From positions 1 through 35,524 of the forward strand of contig JAOQIN010000016.1 in assembly GCA_026134085.1 (NCBI GenBank): a stretch of DNA of 35,524 nucleotides, given 5' to 3'. This DNA comes from Candidatus Methanoxibalbensis ujae (GTDB lineage: Archaea > Halobacteriota > Syntropharchaeia > Alkanophagales > Methanospirareceae). The position numbers and the translations under genes are program-made. The notes under the pieces are model-generated. The model worked only from the letters and a program-made list of their open reading frames with translations. It did no database searches and was not told the origin of the DNA. Each line of letters opens with the position of its first letter. Positions within the stretch are counted from its first letter, which is position 1. Below, one piece after another: positions 29,460 to 35,524 of the stretch.

Positions 29460-31352
29460 ATGGGAAGGGAGAAGTTTGCTGTTGATCCCGTAACTGATGA
29501 GATGCGTAAGAGGGCAAGGAAGCTTGGAATCAGGACTGTGTGGGAGAGATATGAGGAGAATCGTGCTCGCTCCAAAGATGCACCGTTCCAAGCAACCTGT
29601 ATGACCTGCCAGCAGGGTCCCTGTGTGAATGTGAAGCGAACAGGTGTCTGTGGGATGAACAAAGACATTATTGTTGCTAAAAACCTGGTTTCAGAGACCA
29701 CTATTGGAGCGTCTGCACATGTGGGACATGCGAGAAGGATCGCAAATATTTTGAGAGGAGTTGGGGAGGGATCTGTCACAGCTTATTCAATTAAGGAGCC
29801 TGAAAAGCTGGATAGAGTCTACAAAGGACTTGGATTGAGTGGTGCCAACACAAATGAGGAGAAGGCAGTTGAGATTGCAGATGCGATCCTGGATGACATA
29901 TCAAAACTGGCAGGCGTGCCAAAGATGTTGGTTTATAGAGCGCTGGAAGAAAGGAGGAGACTATGGGAAGAAAAGGGGATCCTCATCAATGGTGGCTGCC
30001 CGGAGATCATGGAGGCCATGAACAGGATTGCGATGGGGATGGATGCTGATATGGAGAATCTGCTTCTGGGTGCATGCCGGTTGGGACTCGTAGACGCATA
30101 CTGTGGAATGCATCCCGCGACAACAATTCAGGATATTCTCCTTGGCGTTCCAAAACTCATACGAATAAAGACAAATTTGACTGTCATAAATCCGAATGAG
30201 ATTAACATAATCGTTCACGGGCATATTCCGGCATTGGCTGATGCAGTTGTCAGCGCTGCGGAGGAATATAACGATAAATTGGATCCCGACAGTCCCGAAA
30301 GTCCCAGGGTCAATGTGGTTGGGATGTGTTGTACAGGTATGGAGGTATTGATGCGAAGAGGAGTTAATTATGCGGGAGATATACTGCAGCAGGAGCTTGC
30401 AATAGCAACAGGAGCGATTGAGTTGGTGGTGGTGGATATCCAGTGCACTCAACCCGCAATAGTAGACGCTGCCAAGCACTTCCATACCAAAGTTGTTACC
30501 ACTGATCCCATGTCAAAGATTGAGGGCGCAATACACATTGAATTTGATCCAGAAAGGGCGGATGAGATCGGCAGGGAGCTCGTAAAAATGGCGGTTGATA
30601 ATTATGCCAGTAGAGATCAAACGAAGGTTTATGTTCCGGACCATGAGCCACATGATATGACAGGGGGATTTTCAACAGAACAGCTCCTCGAAGCCTTGGA
30701 TAGGGTAAAGCCCGGGGACCCGGTGGGAGCTCTTGTGGATAACATAAAAAATGGAAACATTCGTGGCGTTGCAGCAGTCATTGGATGCGTTACACCACGA
30801 GATGAATACGGATACAGAACTGTTGAATTGCTGAGAGAGCTGATCAAAAATAATATCCTGGTTGTTCTTACGGGTTGTGTCGCAACGGTGGCTTCTTATC
30901 ATGATCTCCTGAAGCCTGACCCGGCCTATCCCGGTGTTGGCGAGACGTTGGCAAAATTTATGGATGAGATAGCAAAGGCAAATGGGCTCGAGGCTCTTCC
31001 ACCCTGCATCTTCATGGGAGCATGCGTGGACAACTCAAGGATAGAAGAAGTGCTGAATGCAGTCGCAGATTACCTTAAAGTCCGGATTGATCAGCTTCCA
31101 GTAGCTGCTTCTGCGCCGGAATATATCGCAGAGAAAGCAATTCCAATAGGATTTTGGGCGGTTTCCCTGGGAATTTTCACTCATTTGGGGGATCAGCCCA
31201 ACGTGGCAGCGAGCGAAAGGGTGGTTAAGTGGCTGACCGATGATGTGGAGAGGATATTTGGCGGGAAATTCTATGTAGAAGCTGACCCATATAAAGCAGC
31301 GGAAAAGATAATTGAGGTCATTGAAGAGAAGCGCAGGGCTTTGGGGATATGA
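29460..31352 (+). CDS. cooS: Ni-dependent carbon monoxide dehydrogenase catalytic subunit (CooS type)
   Basis: B-cluster CMTCQQGPC...CG; AHVGH; C-cluster ligands HGH, GMCCTG, DIQC, IGC, TGC, GACVD; EKA lysine. Confidence 0.94.
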   Translation: MGREKFAVDPVTDEMRKRARKLGIRTVWERYEENRARSKDAPFQATCMTCQQGPCVNVKRTGVCGMNKDIIVAKNLVSETTIGASAHVGHARRIANILRGVGEGSVTAYSIKEPEKLDRVYKGLGLSGANTNEEKAVEIADAILDDISKLAGVPKMLVYRALEERRRLWEEKGILINGGCPEIMEAMNRIAMGMDADMENLLLGACRLGLVDAYCGMHPATTIQDILLGVPKLIRIKTNLTVINPNEINIIVHGHIPALADAVVSAAEEYNDKLDPDSPESPRVNVVGMCCTGMEVLMRRGVNYAGDILQQELAIATGAIELVVVDIQCTQPAIVDAAKHFHTKVVTTDPMSKIEGAIHIEFDPERADEIGRELVKMAVDNYASRDQTKVYVPDHEPHDMTGGFSTEQLLEALDRVKPGDPVGALVDNIKNGNIRGVAAVIGCVTPRDEYGYRTVELLRELIKNNILVVLTGCVATVASYHDLLKPDPAYPGVGETLAKFMDEIAKANGLEALPPCIFMGACVDNSRIEEVLNAVADYLKVRIDQLPVAASAPEYIAEKAIPIGFWAVSLGIFTHLGDQPNVAASERVVKWLTDDVERIFGGKFYVEADPYKAAEKIIEVIEEKRRALGI

Positions 31353-31511
31353 TATCAAAACGATCGTTGATGCGAAATGCAGGCACTGGGATATGCCCTC
31401 CAGTATAAATAAGGAAAACTCAGTCAAAAAGAAATGGGAGATGTGATAAAAGGTGGCAGGATGTTGATAGAATGAGGTGATAATCCCAGCATCCCAACAG
31501 ATGCCCTGACC

Positions 31512-31642
31512 CTGGCATCTCCGAGACAAAACAGATACTTGAGGCGATGGATGAGGAGATCCAATCAGTCTCGGATATCGCACTCAAAATAGGGATAAGC
31601 AGGGGAATGACCTACAACAGGAGCTCGAGGGTTTGTTATTGA
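31512..31642 (+). pseudogene. Remnant of a helix-turn-helix (ArsR-like) regulator
   Basis: Fragment ETKQILEAMDEEIQSVSDIALKIGISRGMTYNR has an HTH pattern; no intact start or full ORF. Confidence 0.4.
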
Positions 31643-31744
31643 TTTTTTTTAAGTAAAAATAAAAAACAATAATGACTGATAGAGGTGAATCCATGAAGAA
31701 AGAAGATAAAACCGCTGAAGTGATTCTTTCTCTGAAACGACGTT

Positions 31745-31813
31745 GCGATACTTTATTTGATCCTGCTTTTGCCTCAGCTTTTGCCTCGCAGATTCAAATA
31801 TCCACTGTTAGGC
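31745..31813 (+). other. Degenerate attC/attI-like recombination site upstream of the R-M genes
   Basis: Imperfect inverted repeat TATTTGATCCTGC (31754-66) / GCAGATTCAAATA (31788-800), then core site GTTAGGC (31807-13, GTTRRRY). Confidence 0.5.
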
Positions 31814-31853
31814 GGGCGGTCGGCTTAAGAAGAAAGACTGTTGGAAAACTTAG

Positions 31854-32597
31854 GTGAAAAAAATGCTATACGAAACAGAGCAAACGACATTACCCGGATT
31901 AAAAACTCCTGAACAAGAATACCGGGAATTAATTAACGGTAATTATTCTTTTTCAGAGGCATTACAAATACTGGATAAAATTGATTGGGATTTTAAGGAC
32001 TTCACTACTCAATACCTAACCCATAAGTTTCATTCATATCCCGCAAGATTTATCCCACAAATTCCCTTGACATTTATAAAACTATTCACAAAAGAGGGAG
32101 AAACTGTGCTTGACCCAATGTGCGGGTGTGGAACGACTTTAGTGGAAGCTTTCTTAAATAATAGAAATTCAATCGGCAATGATTTTAATCCCCTCGCTAC
32201 CTTGATAAGCAAAGTTAAAGTTACGCTGATACCAGATGCAGAGTTTAGGTATCTGAAAAATAAACTGCAAAAAATGAAAAGGTATTTAGATCTTGACTAT
32301 AAAAGGATTGATAAACGATTGGAGTCTCTACCGAACAGGAAAATAAGCAGAATATTTAACAGAGTAGTAATATCAAAATCGGAAGTTATAAGAGAAACTC
32401 TCCTTGAAATCAAAGAGGAAGGCGGACACAATGATATTTATGATTTAGGGAGAGTTGCTTTATCCTCTACTATATGGTCATTAGTGGAAAATGGCGGAGG
32501 ACTTGATGTGGATGACTTGTTCTTAAAGAAAATAAATTCTATGGAAAAGGAACTAAAAAAGATGGCAAAAATTGTAAAAAACCACCACCAAAAGTGA
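31854..32597 (+). CDS. DNA N4-cytosine methyltransferase, N-terminal half (SAM-binding motif I)
   Basis: THKFHSYPARFIPQIP, VLDPMCGCGTTLVEA, GNDFNPLA; frame breaks at the A6 run 32576-32581. Confidence 0.85.
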   Translation: MKKMLYETEQTTLPGLKTPEQEYRELINGNYSFSEALQILDKIDWDFKDFTTQYLTHKFHSYPARFIPQIPLTFIKLFTKEGETVLDPMCGCGTTLVEAFLNNRNSIGNDFNPLATLISKVKVTLIPDAEFRYLKNKLQKMKRYLDLDYKRIDKRLESLPNRKISRIFNRVVISKSEVIRETLLEIKEEGGHNDIYDLGRVALSSTIWSLVENGGGLDVDDLFLKKINSMEKELKKMAKIVKNHHQK

Positions 32598-33274
32598 AAA
32601 TTATCACAGGAGATGCAAGAAAACTTGAAGTTGAGAGCGATTCTGTTGATTTAATCGTAACTTCTCCACCTTATGTTAATGCATTGGATTATTATAGGGT
32701 TCACATGTATAATATGCTGTGGCTGGGTATGGATTTTGACTTATTCAGAAAACATGAAATTGGTGCTCATTCCCATTTTATTTATAATCGTTTTAGACTA
32801 CTTTCTGAATACCTGGGAGATATGCTTAGAGCGATGATAGAAATGAATCGTGTGCTTAAAAACGGCAAGTTATGCGTAATCGTTGTCGGAAACTCAAGTT
32901 TAGAATATGAATTGATAGAGAGTCATAAATTCTTTGCTGAAATGTCAAAGTTTATAGGATTCAAACCTATAAAAACATATTTCAGAAATATAGATAAGAC
33001 GAGAAAATATACCAGTGCAGACATTGGGAAAATTGATGATGAGTATATTTTAATTCTACAAAAGGTAGCCGATTCCGATGTAACGGCAGATAATGATGAT
33101 TTTATAGCAGATGTGGTAACTCAACAAATGACGAAGTTCAAGAAGCAGATAGAAAAAGTTCAGGGAACATCAATCAGAGGTAGAAGACCCACAAAAGAAA
33201 GATTACTGAAAAACATAGATAAAATAGAGGAAGCGATTCAACATATCCGTGAAGATATAAAAATAAAGAGGTGA
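32594..33274 (+). CDS. DNA N4-cytosine methyltransferase, C-terminal half (catalytic SPPY)
   Basis: GDARKL, VDLIVTSPPY, EMNRVLK.GK..VIVVGNS; lies in the -1 frame relative to the upstream half. Confidence 0.85.
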   Translation: MKIITGDARKLEVESDSVDLIVTSPPYVNALDYYRVHMYNMLWLGMDFDLFRKHEIGAHSHFIYNRFRLLSEYLGDMLRAMIEMNRVLKNGKLCVIVVGNSSLEYELIESHKFFAEMSKFIGFKPIKTYFRNIDKTRKYTSADIGKIDDEYILILQKVADSDVTADNDDFIADVVTQQMTKFKKQIEKVQGTSIRGRRPTKERLLKNIDKIEEAIQHIREDIKIKR

Positions 33275-33286
33275 AAAAAAGAAAAA

Positions 33287-34226
33287 ATGAAGGAATTAAT
33301 AAGCAAAATTATCCATTCCATTTTGACAGGACAAGATTATCGGACATTCGTTTTAGCCACGATTAACAAAAGATTCATTGACAAAGTAGAAGAATTAACA
33401 GCGGAAATTTTTGAGTATAAGAAAGGAGGAGATAACTGGCTTGAGAAATTATTGGAAAACACTTCCAGAAAGAAGGGGAAAGAAAATAAATTCAAATTAT
33501 TGTGGTATGGGGGATTAAATGATAAAACTGTAAAAAACATGACAGGTGGGACATCTAAGAAAGAAGTTTGTTTGGAGATTGGGAAGAAAAATTTGGAGTC
33601 ATTCAGATTGTTATTCTCGGAAATAGAGGACAAGAGCCCATATAAAATTAAAATAATAATCAAAAAGAATAACGAACAGGTTGAACTTGACGACCTTGAA
33701 AGCATTTTATTTGTGAATATTATTTCCGCAATGAAATTAACCATTCAAGGAGGAGCGTGGAGTGAGGTGGGAAAGCAGACAGAGAAGAGCCTTTTGTATG
33801 TGATTTTCACAATTCTTGGGATTCCAGAGGACGATTACATTTTAATTCTTGATGAAATGAAAAAGAAGGGGTTGGTTGAAAACAGAGAAATTGACGCCAT
33901 TGTATTCAACAAAGATAAGGAACCTATTACTATTGAATTAAAATTACTGGGAATTGGGAATCCAGAGATTGGAGATGATTGATAGATTGACGGAAATGAT
34001 GATTAAGGAATCTGAGAAAATGGGGGTAAAAGTTATAGAGTTTCGGCAGGAAAATCCATTGAAAGAGATCTACAAATTCTTTTCATCAAAAAATGTCAAT
34101 TGTAGCGAGCCTGAAGATATGACTTCTGAAGAATTGAAGGAAAAAATTGAACATATAATTAAAGAATGGAAAGAAACAGGAGAGGAATACAGAATCTTAA
34201 AGAAACTGAAGGAGTTGACAAAATGA
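33287..34226 (+). pseudogene. Type II restriction endonuclease, CfrBI-like, frameshifted near 33979
   Basis: TIQGGAWSEVGKQTEK, REIDA..IELKLLGIGNPE (PD-(D/E)xK); reading continues in another frame as IDRLTEMMIKE... Confidence 0.75.
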
Positions 34227-34228
34227 CG

Positions 34229-34345
34229 CCGCCCGACTCTCCGTTCGCTTGGGGGCTATCGCCCACGCCAGGTGCGTATCCGACTTCGCTAGCGCTCCGT
34301 CCAAATTCCTCGCTCCGCTTGGAACTTCGGATACGCCCGTTAAGA
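34229..34345 (+). other. attC-like site downstream of the R-M genes
   Basis: Begins 2 nt after the stop; perfect 10-bp inverted repeat GCGTATCCGA (34274-83) / TCGGATACGC (34327-36); ends CGTTAAGAGAAAT; the R'' AAC is not intact. Confidence 0.6.
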
Positions 34346-34381
34346 GAAATCGGACTCCGCAGTGGCTTAGATAAATATACT

Positions 34382-34612
34382 ATGGACATGAAAAAGAGAG
34401 AAACGAGAGATAAACTTAGGATGAACGGATTTTCAGGCTTTTTAGGGTTTCTGGGATTTGAAGCTTTCAAATTACACGGGCCTTGGCATTTATTTTACTT
34501 CTGTTTCTTTGCATTCTTCGCTCATTTCAAATATTTAGGTTTACTTGGTGGCGGGATTGATGGTAGCAATACTTGGTGTTATAGGAGTAGTGGAGGTGTA
34601 AAAGATGGATGA
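34382..34612 (+). pseudogene. Small membrane protein, DUF3796-like, probably frameshifted near 34548
   Basis: GFSGFLGFLGF...FYFCFFAFFAHFKYLGLLG; a hydrophobic tail AGLMVAILGVIGVVEV* continues in another frame (stop 34599-34601). Confidence 0.55.
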
Positions 34613-34784
34613 AAATGAAGTGTATATAGCATTCGGGATAATTGGACTAATTTTAGCAATTGCTGGTGCTATAATAACAATCTTCTCAAAAGAGACGGGG
34701 ATGGCTTGATCTCTCTTTGGTAGTGGAATCGCCATTGTATGGATAAGTTTTCATAAGGTATATCAGGTATATCATAACCGTTAA
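34605..34784 (+). pseudogene. Small two-helix membrane protein interrupted by TGA
   Basis: GGAGGTG RBS; MDENEVYIAFGIIGLILAIAGAIITIFSKETGMA*SLFGSGIAIVWISFHK, with TGA at 34707-34709. Confidence 0.45.
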
Positions 34785-35084
34785 ATATCAGGCTTGCTTC
34801 TAAACAAAGCCTGTGCCACCCTTTCTTCCACTTTACCTCCACTGATTTTTCCCTCTCTTCCTCTACCCCTATCTTCCACCCTCTCTTATCTTATTTCCCC
34901 ACCTCTCAATCAACGAATCCTTATCTCCCGATACAAAAAACTCAGCCCGCATTTTGTCTTCAACTTCTCCCCTTTCAACCAATTCTTCCTCTATCCGAGC
35001 AGATTTTAATTCGTCACATCGTTTTCGGTGGATGGCGATAGAGGTTTCATGGCTCTTTCCCTCACTTTTACATGTTGTGATTTT

Positions 35085-35524
35085 GTTGTTACCTCCCGCC
35101 CTCACTTCAGAGAGGGGCATCCAGTTGGGTTCCTGCTACCTCAAAAGAACTTGCCCCATTATCAACGGTGAAATGGAGTATGAGACAACAGGCTCCCCGA
35201 CTTTTCTAATATTCTGCGAGTGATTTCCCATTGAAGGAACACTACAGTTCTACCAGCTTTCTCAGCCTTGCAGGTGGCGAATGAACTTCAGAGGCGTCCG
35301 AAATTTCGGTTAAGATTTTTCTTCATGCTATCTATACTCAGGTCCTCCACATAATAGTTATCCATAGAACCTCTATAATCGTTTCTCCTCCTCTCCATTC
35401 CATATACCCTGCACAGCCTTCGCAGCTGCTTCAGCCGGTTCTTTGATTTTCTTCCTCGACACGATGCTCTCTCCTCAAACGCTCCATCGCTCATAGAACA
35501 TCGGATTCTCCTCTTCCTTAGAGT
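35085..35524 (-). mobile_element. tnpB: Degenerate IS200/IS605-family element: tnpB pseudogene plus right end/omega-RNA (runs off the window)
   Basis: Collinear fragments ENPMFYE, KSKNRLKQLRRLCRVY, RNDY, VEDLSIDSMKKN (RuvC-II), ISDAS, KAEKAGRTVV, SQNIRKVG; then GCAAGTTCTTTTGAGGTAGCAGGAACC..GATGCCCCT hairpin end. Confidence 0.82.

Noticed and set aside
31672..31857. 61-aa ORF as an R-M controller (C) protein
   Set aside because: No HTH pattern, and it reads through the attC-like hairpin.
34166..34381. 5' part of the 148-aa ORF 34166-34612
   Set aside because: Translates through the attC-like hairpin; only the part from ATG 34382 looks like a protein.
34707..34709. In-frame TGA as selenocysteine, and TAG stops as pyrrolysine
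   Set aside because: The context suits a TGG-to-TGA mutation in a decaying region with no SECIS seen; the TAG-ending core genes stop at their expected C-termini.
34800..35060. Minus-strand ORF 34869-35120
   Set aside because: Its start lies inside the IS end; the remainder may be a gene fragment but I cannot assign it.

Overview
Archaeal chromosomal window, most consistent with an ANME-1/Methanophagales-like Halobacteriota lineage. This is inferred from methanogenesis marker 15, mptA, archaeal rpl3/rpl4, trmY, a multiheme cytochrome with full-length CcmF, and CooS. 1-17 kb and 20.7-28.5 kb are core genes: wrbA-like, ccmF, cytochrome c, rpl4, rpl3, trmY, pheS, FAD oxidoreductase, tRNA-Lys, three prepilins, radical SAM-HhH, metG, nfi, DUF166, marker 15, tRNA-Met, mptA, lhr and gatB. 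17-19.2 kb and 28.5-35.5 kb are accessory or decaying DNA. Main signals: (1) mptA runs 38 nt into a tRNA-Met gene and its only stop codon is in the anticodon loop. (2) An AT-rich, attC-bounded, integron-cassette-like array with no integrase in view carries a CfrBI-like R-M system whose methylase halves meet at an A_AAA_AAC -1 slippery site and whose nuclease is broken. (3) An orphan TnpB omega-RNA/IS200-IS605 end has its own TATA box, and a related tnpB relic lies at the window end. (4) CooS lacks D-cluster cysteines. (5) A cytochrome with a CXCH motif is clustered with a CcmF. (6) Short tandem duplications and low-complexity in-frame insertions are pervasive. All calls come from motif recognition by eye; no database searches were run.
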